From a bacterium (GTDB lineage Bacteria > Patescibacteriota > Minisyncoccia > Minisyncoccales > CG1-02-41-26), in assembly GCA_043802745.1 (NCBI GenBank), contig JAZDKU010000015.1, positions 1,358-65,357 on the forward strand: 64,000 nucleotides of DNA. The letters run 5' to 3'. The notes beneath the pieces were generated by a model. That model was not told where the DNA came from. It searched no databases and saw nothing but the letters and a program-made list of their open reading frames with translations. Shown one piece after another: positions 47,640-55,222 of this stretch. The stretch's first letter is position 1. Every line of letters begins with the position of its first letter. The translations under genes and the position numbers were made by a program.

Positions 47640-49292
47640 TTACATTTTAGTAGGGGATTCGATGCCTAGGATAGTTAGGCTGTTTTTTATTACGTAGCCA
47701 ACAGCGGACGTTAAGGCCAAGCGGAATTGTTTTTGTTCTTTGGTGTCTGCTTTTAAAATTGAAATTTCATTATAAAACAAATTAAAGCTTTGCGATAAGT
47801 CAAAAGCATAATTGCAAATAAGATTAGGTGAAAAAGTAACAACAGCCTGCTCAATTATTTCTTGAAAATGTAAAAGCTTTTTCAAGAGTATTTTCTCAAT
47901 TTCCTGCAAGCCACTAAAATCAATTTTGGTAATTTTGACAGTAGTCGGGCTACCGTTATATTTTTCCAAAACGCTTTGGGTACGAGCAAAAGCATATTGC
48001 AAATATGGCCCGGAATTGCCCTTTAAGTTTAAAATTTTATCCCAGTCAAAAACAATATCTCTTGAATGGTGCTGGCTTAAATCATTGTATTTAACCGCCC
48101 CAATGCCAACTTGTTTGGCTAGCTCTTTGTTTTTTTCACCAGAAAGATCTTCGGCTTTGTCGATAGCCTCTTGCAAAACATCTTCTAGGTGCACGGTATC
48201 GCCTCGCCGAGTTGAAAACTTGCCAGTCTTACTGCGCATCAAACCGTGGACAATATGCTCAAATTTCACATCTTGAATCCAACCAAGTAAATCAACTGTT
48301 TTAAATAACTGCTTAAAATAAAGCGACTGGTCAACTCCAACCTCGTAGGCAATAATATTGGGCTTCCATTTTTCTAATCTGTATTTAATAGTGGCCAAGT
48401 CTCTTAAAAAATAAGTAGTGGCACCATCGGATTTCATCAGCACCAAACCTGGAAAAACATTATTTTCAAATTCCACTACCCAAGCGCCCTCGCTCTGCTT
48501 TGTTAAATTTTTCTTTTTCATTTCTTCAAAAATACTTTGCATTTTATCTAAATAAAAACTTTCGCCCAAAGCATTATCAATTTTAACACCAAGCAAATTA
48601 TAAATTCTATCAAACTCTTTTAAAGAAATTTCCTTGCAAGCCTGCCAAATTTCTTTAGCTTTTTTATCACCGTCTTCTAATTTTTTAAACCAAGCCCGAG
48701 CCTCGTCATTCAGAGCTGGGTTTATTTCTGCCTCTTTATGAAACTCTACATAAAGCTGTTCTAATTTTTCTATATTTAACTCCCCAATTCTTAATTCTTG
48801 ATTCTTAATTCCTAATTCTATTTTATAAATCAGTTTCCCGAATTGTGTGCCCCAATCTCCCAAATGGTTATCGCCAATAGTTTTATAGCCCAAAAATTTA
48901 TATAAATTATAAATCGCTTGGCCAATAATCGTGGAGCGCAAGTGGCCAATGCCAAATGGCTTGGCAATATTTGGACCAGAATAATCAATAACAATAGTTT
49001 TGCCATGGCCGACTTGCGAGGAGCCGTATTTCTCTTTTTGTTTTAAAATCTGCTTTAAATTTTCCAAAAAATACTCTGGCTTTAAGAAAAAATTTATAAA
49101 CCCATTGACAACTTCTACTTTTTCGAATAAAGGGCTTGCTTTTAATTTATCAGCAATTTCTTGGCTGTTTAACTTTTCTTTAATTGCCACATTAGTAGAA
49201 AAATCTCCAAAACTAAAATTATCCGGCATATCCACCACCGCTTTTTTATTGATTGTCTTTTCAATTAAATTTTCTATCTCTTGTTTTAACAT
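47640..49292 (-). CDS. argS: arginyl-tRNA synthetase
   Basis: PNIAKPFGIGHLRS (HIGH-like), C-terminal DALR anticodon-binding domain. Confidence 0.9.
   Translation of the reverse strand: MLKQEIENLIEKTINKKAVVDMPDNFSFGDFSTNVAIKEKLNSQEIADKLKASPLFEKVEVVNGFINFFLKPEYFLENLKQILKQKEKYGSSQVGHGKTIVIDYSGPNIAKPFGIGHLRSTIIGQAIYNLYKFLGYKTIGDNHLGDWGTQFGKLIYKIELGIKNQELRIGELNIEKLEQLYVEFHKEAEINPALNDEARAWFKKLEDGDKKAKEIWQACKEISLKEFDRIYNLLGVKIDNALGESFYLDKMQSIFEEMKKKNLTKQSEGAWVVEFENNVFPGLVLMKSDGATTYFLRDLATIKYRLEKWKPNIIAYEVGVDQSLYFKQLFKTVDLLGWIQDVKFEHIVHGLMRSKTGKFSTRRGDTVHLEDVLQEAIDKAEDLSGEKNKELAKQVGIGAVKYNDLSQHHSRDIVFDWDKILNLKGNSGPYLQYAFARTQSVLEKYNGSPTTVKITKIDFSGLQEIEKILLKKLLHFQEIIEQAVVTFSPNLICNYAFDLSQSFNLFYNEISILKADTKEQKQFRLALTSAVGYVIKNSLTILGIESPTKM
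48786..48820. repeat. in-frame (TAATTCT)x5 heptamer array in argS
   Basis: caattcttaattcttgattcttaattcctaattct encodes KNQELRIGELN. Confidence 0.8.
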
Positions 49293-49355
49293 ACTTGTGC
49301 TGAGCTTGCCGAAGCATTCTTTATATTATCGTATTTTCTGCTAAAATCAAAGAAT

Positions 49356-49802
49356 ATGGAACAAACATTGGCAGAAAATAGAAAAGCGTTTTTTGACTAT
49401 GAAATAATAGAAAAGTATCAAGCAGGCATTATTTTAAACGGTCAAGAAGTGAAGTCGATTAAAAACGGACGAATTAGCTTGGCAGGAAGTTTTGTTGTTT
49501 TAAAAGATAACGAGGTTTTTTTATTAAACGCTGATGTGCCACCTTACCAGCCAAACAATATCTATGGAGAATACGAAGCAAAACGCTCTCGCAAACTGCT
49601 TTTGCAAAAATCAGAAATAAATGAACTTGTTGGCAAAACCAAGCAAAAAGGGTTGACTATGGTGCCCCTAAAAGTGTATAATCACAAGGGTAAAGTAAAG
49701 ATAGAGTTTGCCCTATGTAAGGGCAAGCGCAAAGCCGACAAGCGAGAAAAAATAAAGACCAGGGAAGCTGATAGAGAAATACAAAGAGTGTTAAAATATT
49801 AA
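49356..49802 (+). CDS. smpB: SsrA-binding protein SmpB
   Basis: NRKAFFDYEIIEKYQAGIILNGQEVKSIKNG aligns with SmpB core (NKRARHEYFIEE..GWEVKSLRAGK). Confidence 0.9.
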   Translation: MEQTLAENRKAFFDYEIIEKYQAGIILNGQEVKSIKNGRISLAGSFVVLKDNEVFLLNADVPPYQPNNIYGEYEAKRSRKLLLQKSEINELVGKTKQKGLTMVPLKVYNHKGKVKIEFALCKGKRKADKREKIKTREADREIQRVLKY

Positions 49803-49806
49803 GAGT

Positions 49807-50058
49807 ATGTTTTACACTTATGTAATAAAAAGTAAAAAAGATAGTAAATTATATGTTGGGCATACAAACGACTTAGTAGCGAGAATAAAAGAACATAATA
49901 ATGGATTTGTTAAGTCAACGAAATCGAGAAAACCTTTCAAGCTACTTTACTATGAAGCTTGTAATATTTTAGAGGACGCAATAAAAAGAGAAAAATCATT
50001 AAAAACTGGATTTGGAAGAAGATATCTTAAACAAAGATTAAGTGATATAAATGTTTAA
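49807..50058 (+). CDS. GIY-YIG nuclease family protein
   Basis: YTYVIKS..LYVGHTNDLVARIKEHN (GIY-YIG). Confidence 0.8.
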   Translation: MFYTYVIKSKKDSKLYVGHTNDLVARIKEHNNGFVKSTKSRKPFKLLYYEACNILEDAIKREKSLKTGFGRRYLKQRLSDINV

Positions 50059-50103
50059 GCTTCGCCCATAGCATTTCGCTTGAAAAAAGCTACCTCGTCG
50101 TAA

Positions 50104-50161
50104 GCGGGCCCGCCCGCATCGCTACGCGAGCAAGCTCGCTTGCGAAGCGTTGCGGGCGGGG
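50104..50161. repeat. GC-rich hairpin (cccgcccgca ... tgcgggcggg) abutting tmRNA 5' end
   Basis: 10-bp stem enclosing GC-rich loop; terminator of GIY-YIG gene or member of GC-palindrome family. Confidence 0.5.
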
Positions 50162-50523
50162 ATGACAGCTTTGACAATTATGGCTTATTTAATAAGCAAG
50201 CCGAGCTCCAAAATCTCGCAAAACTTTTGGAAAACCATAAGTGCTACATACACCTATGAACCAGCTTACGCATTAGCATAAGCCTGTCTAGCCTTTAAGG
50301 CTGGGCCATCTCGCCTGTTGATTCCTAATAAACAGGACGGGGTGACAAATTATTAGGATTGGCAAATAGCCCTCCCAAACTATTTGCTGAAAAATTTGGG
50401 ATCGAAGCTTAAAATTTTTGTTATTTTTATATTTTGGGCTTTTAAACTTTTAAAATAACTAAGCTTGTAGTATTGTTAAGTAAATCGTTTTTGGACGAGA
50501 GTTCAATCTCTCCATCTCCACCC
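50158..50523 (+). ncRNA. ssrA: tmRNA (ssrA), predicted tag (A)ATYTYEPAYALA*
   Basis: 5' GGGGATG pairs with 3' CATCTCC; 3' end GGACGAGAGTTCAATCTCTC-CATCTCC-A matches tmRNA T-arm/acceptor; 5' ACAGCTTTGAC resembles conserved D-analog UUCGAC; in-frame GCT(50243)...GCA TTA GCA TAA(50279-81) ~86 nt from 5' end; smpB immediately upstream. Confidence 0.6.
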
Positions 50524-50625
50524 CGTTAGAAACTGCTATTTATTTATAACAGTTTGTAAAAATAGAAAAATTAAGCAACTCCGAAACGAAACTAGAAATC
50601 CATACAGTTTCTAACGGGGTCCACC
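50521..50625 (+). promoter_or_regulatory. 15-bp perfect long-range inverted repeat (ccccgttagaaactg ... cagtttctaacgggg) enclosing ~75 nt of infC leader; candidate L20/IF3 autoregulatory leader
   Basis: 3' arm contains the only G-rich SD-like sequence (acgggg) upstream of infC start. Confidence 0.4.
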
Positions 50626-50637
50626 ACAATAAATTTC

Positions 50638-51150
50638 TTGCAAAAAAGAATTTTAATCAACAATCAAATAAAAGCTCCTAATGTTCGTTTGATTAACGAA
50701 AAAGGAGAAATGCTTGGCATTGTTACCTTGCAGCAGGCATTAATAAAAGCCCATGAGGCAAATCTGGATTTAATAGAAATATCGGAAAAAACTGTTCCGC
50801 CAATTTGCAAAATTTCTGATTATGGAAAATTTTCCTATCAGCAAGGCAAAAAAGAAAAAAAAATGAGCAAGGGCCAAAAAGCTGGGGAGATAAAGGGCAT
50901 AAGGCTAAGCTTTGCCATTTCACCCCATGATATAGAAACAAGATCAAAAGCTGTTGAAAAATTTTTAAAAACCGGGTATAAAGTAAGAGTTGAAATGGTG
51001 CTACGGGGCAGAGAAAAGGGCTTGGCTGAATTTGCCAAACAAAAATTATTAAAATTTTTAGATGTTCTTCGGGCCACCACTCCTATTAAAATTGAAAGGG
51101 AGTTAAAGATGGAGGCAAGAGGATGGACGATGATTATTACAAAACTATGA
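50638..51150 (+). CDS. infC: translation initiation factor IF-3 (non-AUG start: TTG at 50638 or ATA at 50629)
   Basis: INNQIKAPNVRLINEKGEMLGIV..DLIEIS..PPICKI..KVRVEMVLRGRE matches IF3; no in-frame ATG after upstream TAG at 50593. Confidence 0.9.
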   Translation: MQKRILINNQIKAPNVRLINEKGEMLGIVTLQQALIKAHEANLDLIEISEKTVPPICKISDYGKFSYQQGKKEKKMSKGQKAGEIKGIRLSFAISPHDIETRSKAVEKFLKTGYKVRVEMVLRGREKGLAEFAKQKLLKFLDVLRATTPIKIERELKMEARGWTMIITKL

Positions 51151-51338
51151 AAACAAGAAAGGCCTTGATGAAGAGGTTTAAAATTACGAAAAACGGAAAG
51201 GTTTTAAGAAAGGTTGGTGGACAAAATCACTACCGAGCTAAAAAAACCGGCAAACAAATTCGCCAAAAGCGAAACTGGATTGCGTTGCACCCAAGTATTG
51301 TGAAAAGAATAAAGAAGGCCGGGCTTAAATTAAGATAA
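51147..51338 (+). CDS. rpmI: 50S ribosomal protein L35
   Basis: [43 protein letters not shown]; start at internal Met overlapping infC stop (ATGA). Confidence 0.85.
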   Translation: MKTRKALMKRFKITKNGKVLRKVGGQNHYRAKKTGKQIRQKRNWIALHPSIVKRIKKAGLKLR

Positions 51339-51342
51339 ATTT

Positions 51343-51690
51343 ATGGTAAGAATAAAAAGAGGAACAATCGCCCATAAGCGCAGACGACATTTGTTGGAAA
51401 ATACAAAGGGTTTTAAATGGGGTAGAAAATCAAAATTCAGCCAGGCCAAACAAGCCATGCAAAAGGCCTGGACTTATGCCTATCGAGATAGAAAGAAAAA
51501 CAAATCCAACCGCCGGGCTTTGTGGCAAATAAACATTAACGCAGCTGTTAGGCATTTTGGCCTTTCATACAGCAAGTTTATTGCTGGCCTAAAAAAGAAT
51601 GGCATTGAGCTTGATAGAAAGGTTTTAGCCCAACTAGCCAAAGACCAACCTGAAATTTTTGAAAAAATCGTTGAGAAAGCTAAATCCTAG
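51343..51690 (+). CDS. rplT: 50S ribosomal protein L20
   Basis: [32 protein letters not shown]... Confidence 0.9.
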   Translation: MVRIKRGTIAHKRRRHLLENTKGFKWGRKSKFSQAKQAMQKAWTYAYRDRKKNKSNRRALWQININAAVRHFGLSYSKFIAGLKKNGIELDRKVLAQLAKDQPEIFEKIVEKAKS

Positions 51691-51724
51691 ATTTACGATT
51701 CAAGATTCATGATTCAAGAATAGA
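51691..51724. repeat. intergenic (GATTCAW)x4 heptamer array
   Basis: gatttacgattcaagattcatgattcaagaatag. Confidence 0.65.
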
Positions 51725-51740
51725 AAATTATAATTAAAAG

Positions 51741-51777
51741 CTCCCCGGCCCATCCGCCAACTGGCGGAGCCAGGGAG
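51741..51777 (+). terminator. rho-independent terminator of infC-rpmI-rplT operon
   Basis: ctccccggcccatccgccaactggcggagccagggag followed by tttt; core ccgccaactggcgg recurs at 59521-59540. Confidence 0.7.
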
Positions 51778-51822
51778 TTTTAGTTTAAGTTATTTAGTAA
51801 ATTTAAAAGTTGCCAAAATTTA

Positions 51823-52758
51823 TTATTGAAATGGCATCGTAAATTTAAAAGAATCGACCATACTTTGAAAAACTTTTTTCGCTTGCGTGCCGTTATAGGT
51901 TATACAAAACAATAAATATTTATTGCCATCAAAAAAGCAATAACCTCCGTCTGGCCCGCCTAAATCAGCCCAGCCCCCTATTTTCACCGCATCAAAGCCA
52001 GCCACAGCGTAGTCACGGGTTATCTGTATGCCGCCGAGATATTTTACAGCGTCTGATAGTGAAGAAGTGGCGTTTAATGTCCTTATATAATATCCAGAAA
52101 CGACAATAGTATTTTCCAAGCTATCGCTTGGAGTAAAAATGGTTTTATAAGATGATATTTGAGCGCTTGGATCATCGACTCTGTTAATATCATACAGCCT
52201 CCAAGTAGTGGGAAAATTAATGCTAAAATTATAGTTTTTGTTATCATACGCTAACCAGCCCTCAGAGTACTTGCTGGTGGTGTATGTTGTACAATCTTTC
52301 GGGCAATTGCACTGATTTTCGCCCTTGCCACAGACCCCATTACCACAAGCCGCACAAGTATTTTTCACTGGATCCATCGCCAAACTACTCAAGAAGTCTG
52401 GTAGACAACTATAACTAATTGAACCATCTGCATTTTTCCATATATCATAACCAGATACGATTAAATTTAACCCTGAACAGCAAATAGAACCGTCTTTCCA
52501 TCTCTCTCCCTCTTTTACGCAATTGCCTTGGCTTACGGCGTTATCGGATTGATCATTTTTTTGAAGCATTTGTTTCTGCAACGAAGTTATTTGCTGTTGC
52601 AAAGAATCGGCTATTTGATTGGCAGTATTCCTTTGCCACAATAAAACACCAACTAATGCGATTACTAAAACTAACAAGATAACTGGCCAAAGGGGCTTGA
52701 TGCTTTTTTGGCTTAGCTGTTGAGCCGAACTTGGCTGACTAAAATTTTGTTGGTCCAT
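51823..52758 (-). CDS. hypothetical Cys-rich membrane-anchored extracellular protein
   Basis: Start moved to MDQQNF (upstream ORF extension overlaps neighbour); N-terminal TM PLWPVILLVLVIALVGVLLW; CxxCGNGxC motifs resembling giant protein 55219-59481. Confidence 0.5.
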   Translation of the reverse strand: MDQQNFSQPSSAQQLSQKSIKPLWPVILLVLVIALVGVLLWQRNTANQIADSLQQQITSLQKQMLQKNDQSDNAVSQGNCVKEGERWKDGSICCSGLNLIVSGYDIWKNADGSISYSCLPDFLSSLAMDPVKNTCAACGNGVCGKGENQCNCPKDCTTYTTSKYSEGWLAYDNKNYNFSINFPTTWRLYDINRVDDPSAQISSYKTIFTPSDSLENTIVVSGYYIRTLNATSSLSDAVKYLGGIQITRDYAVAGFDAVKIGGWADLGGPDGGYCFFDGNKYLLFCITYNGTQAKKVFQSMVDSFKFTMPFQ

Positions 52759-52774
52759 ATGATTTGATTGCTTG

Positions 52775-53563
52775 TTAAAACGCCCTAAAAGAAAGAAGAA
52801 TTTTTTGCAATAATTTATCAGCATCAATATCAGAAATCGCATTTGGGCCTGTTGGGTCAGTCCGTAAGTAGCCTAAATAAAAATTATTATTATTCATTGT
52901 TGGCATACTAAAGCATGCGTAACGGATTCCGTCCGAACATCGGTCTAACAATGGCTTCGGATGAGATCTTTTATACTCAGAGGCACATTGATCATCTTGC
53001 CTAATAGCAGAAGTAATTTTTGAGCCATCGCCATTAATTTTATAATCTATATTACAGTATTCCATGCCAAATCCTAAGGGATTAGCATACAAAACAAATT
53101 TTATTTGGCTTGTTGGAAAAGAGTTATTAAAAAATTCTATATTTTGAAACGCAATAGTATCTTGCGTGGTTGTTGGCAGGGTATTCTTTATACCCCACTG
53201 CTCGGGGTAACTTATTTCAAAACCGTAAGCTTCATTTCTGTAAGTCTGGGTAAGGGGATACTTTTCCTCCTTGTCTTGCACGGTAATCTTGATTTCTTTG
53301 CTTTTAATGAGAGTACTTACCTGATTCGCAACGTAAGCAATTTTTCCTTGGAGTTTGCTAATTATTGAACCAGATGACTTATTTTGCCAAAAGTAAACTC
53401 CTCCCCCAACAATTATAGCTGTAAAAATCATTAGCATCACCACCCAAAATGGTCGCACACCTGTTCTGTTTGGTTCGGAATTTATAATAACATTCGGCTG
53501 TTCTTCTTCTAGATGCTCCGCATCTAATTGATCAGTAAATTGATTTTCAAACCTTTGTCCCAT
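52775..53563 (-). CDS. hypothetical single-pass membrane-anchored extracellular protein
   Basis: TM FWVVMLMIFTAIIVGGGVYFW after acidic cytoplasmic N-tail. Confidence 0.5.
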   Translation of the reverse strand: MGQRFENQFTDQLDAEHLEEEQPNVIINSEPNRTGVRPFWVVMLMIFTAIIVGGGVYFWQNKSSGSIISKLQGKIAYVANQVSTLIKSKEIKITVQDKEEKYPLTQTYRNEAYGFEISYPEQWGIKNTLPTTTQDTIAFQNIEFFNNSFPTSQIKFVLYANPLGFGMEYCNIDYKINGDGSKITSAIRQDDQCASEYKRSHPKPLLDRCSDGIRYACFSMPTMNNNNFYLGYLRTDPTGPNAISDIDADKLLQKILLSFRAF

Positions 53564-53568
53564 ATGAT

Positions 53569-54576
53569 TTATTCCACTACCAGCTCTGGCTGGTAGTATT
53601 TATTTAATCTTACTTTTTCTAACACAACATTGTCAATTTTTTTATTTTTTATTTCTACTCGCAAAAGCCCGCCTTCCATTGTTTCTTTAGAAAAATACTG
53701 GTCAAAAACAAAATTGCCCAAAGAATAAGCAATCCAACCATTATTATATTTTTCTAATGGCTCAACCACATGCGGATGATGACCAATTATTAAATCCGCT
53801 CCTGAATCAATGGCCATTTTACCAAACTCTTTTTGAAAAGCGTTAGACAATGGCTGATATTCTGTTCCTGCGTGAATTGAAACAGCCAAAATATCAACCT
53901 GCTTTTTACTTTGGCTAATTATCTCTTTTATTTTAGAAAAATCTTCACCAACCCAAGCCATGCCAATTTTGCCGTCCCCAACTTTCCAGCTATTTGGGCT
54001 AAAATTTTCAAACCCTAAAAAACCAACTTTAGTTCCTTGAATTTCTTTTATTCTCAAACTAAATGCTTCCTGCTCGTTTAGCCCTGCCCCAACATAGTCA
54101 ATGCCAGCTTTTTGCAAATTAGCCATTGTATCAGCTAGAGCCACAGCTTGATAATCAAACATATGATTATTAGCAATTGACAAAATATCAAAGCCAGCAT
54201 TTTTTAAAGCCAAAGTTGAAGTTGGAGAAAATCGAAAAGAATAAATACTGCCAACCTTAATACCACGGCTTGAAATTGGCCCCTCTAAATTGCCAAAAAG
54301 AATATCAGCCTGACTTAAATAATCTTTTATATTAGCAAAAGCAAAGTTAAAATCACCTTTACCATATTTATCAATCATATACTTAACAGCCCTCTCAAGC
54401 ATAATATCCCCCACAGCCATTAAAATAATCGGCTGGGTATCTTTTGCGAGGCCAGCGGGACTAATATTTGCAGACAAAATAGAAACTTCTGATTTTTTTG
54501 CATAAATAAAAAAACCAGCCACCAAAAAACACGCTCCAAATAGAATCCAAAATATTAGGGCTAAAAATCTTTTCAT
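53569..54576 (-). CDS. CapA/PgsA-family metallophosphatase (poly-gamma-glutamate capsule biosynthesis-like)
   Basis: N-terminal TM, calcineurin-like phosphoesterase motifs (GDIMLER, NLEGP, GHHPH). Confidence 0.75.
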   Translation of the reverse strand: MKRFLALIFWILFGACFLVAGFFIYAKKSEVSILSANISPAGLAKDTQPIILMAVGDIMLERAVKYMIDKYGKGDFNFAFANIKDYLSQADILFGNLEGPISSRGIKVGSIYSFRFSPTSTLALKNAGFDILSIANNHMFDYQAVALADTMANLQKAGIDYVGAGLNEQEAFSLRIKEIQGTKVGFLGFENFSPNSWKVGDGKIGMAWVGEDFSKIKEIISQSKKQVDILAVSIHAGTEYQPLSNAFQKEFGKMAIDSGADLIIGHHPHVVEPLEKYNNGWIAYSLGNFVFDQYFSKETMEGGLLRVEIKNKKIDNVVLEKVRLNKYYQPELVVE

Positions 54577-54721
54577 TAAAACACTTTAGAAGAAATAAAC
54601 CACATAAGCAATATGCCCCCAATACCAATAAGCACCCAAGTCAAGCTAATCTTTTGAGGTGGCTCTACTGGAATTGGCGTTTGCTCTTGAGTGGGCGGTT
54701 GATTTGTGTTTTGTTCTGCTG

Positions 54722-55222
54722 TTACCATAAAAATGATTTTAAAATAGAAATAAATGCCTTAGCAAATAAGAAAATGGCTAAGCCAATGGAGGCCCAAATA
54801 ATTATTTGCTTGCCTTTGGTTGACCTTTTTGAGTCCCCGGCCGCCGTGAGCATATAAAACGCGCCAAGTAAAATCATCAAAGGCGCCACCACCAAGGCTA
54901 TAACCAATGCCCAATTTGAAACTTTATTAACAAGGTCTTTAATTTCTTTATTAGAAGAAAAAGAACAATAAGTAATTTTATTAGGATCTTTGCATTGACC
55001 ATAGTCACCCGAAAAGATCGGCTTGTCATCCGTGCCACCTTGTTTGCATGGATTATCACCATCGCTTTTGGACCCCACACAATCAGCACCACTTATGCAG
55101 TTAGTTTTTACACAACAAGGATAGCAAATCCCCTGATTTCCAGCTTTGGCAAAATTAGACCAAAAGCTAAAAACTAAAACTGCTAATAAAATTACTGAAT
55201 AAAATTTTAGTACTTTTTTCAT
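54722..55222 (-). CDS. small secreted Cys-rich protein with conserved C-terminal two-helix membrane module (paralogous to C-terminus of 55219-59481)
   Basis: Signal peptide; 12 Cys in ~90 aa; C-terminal LVIALVVAPLMILLGAFYMLTAAGDSKRSTKGKQIIIWASIGLAIFLFAKAFISIL. Confidence 0.6.
   Translation of the reverse strand: MKKVLKFYSVILLAVLVFSFWSNFAKAGNQGICYPCCVKTNCISGADCVGSKSDGDNPCKQGGTDDKPIFSGDYGQCKDPNKITYCSFSSNKEIKDLVNKVSNWALVIALVVAPLMILLGAFYMLTAAGDSKRSTKGKQIIIWASIGLAIFLFAKAFISILKSFLW

Noticed and set aside
50061-50157. Alternative 5' boundary for tmRNA further upstream
   Set aside because: Region is dominated by a self-contained GC-rich hairpin; GGGGATG at 50158 is the only 7-mer complementary to the 3' acceptor strand CATCTCC
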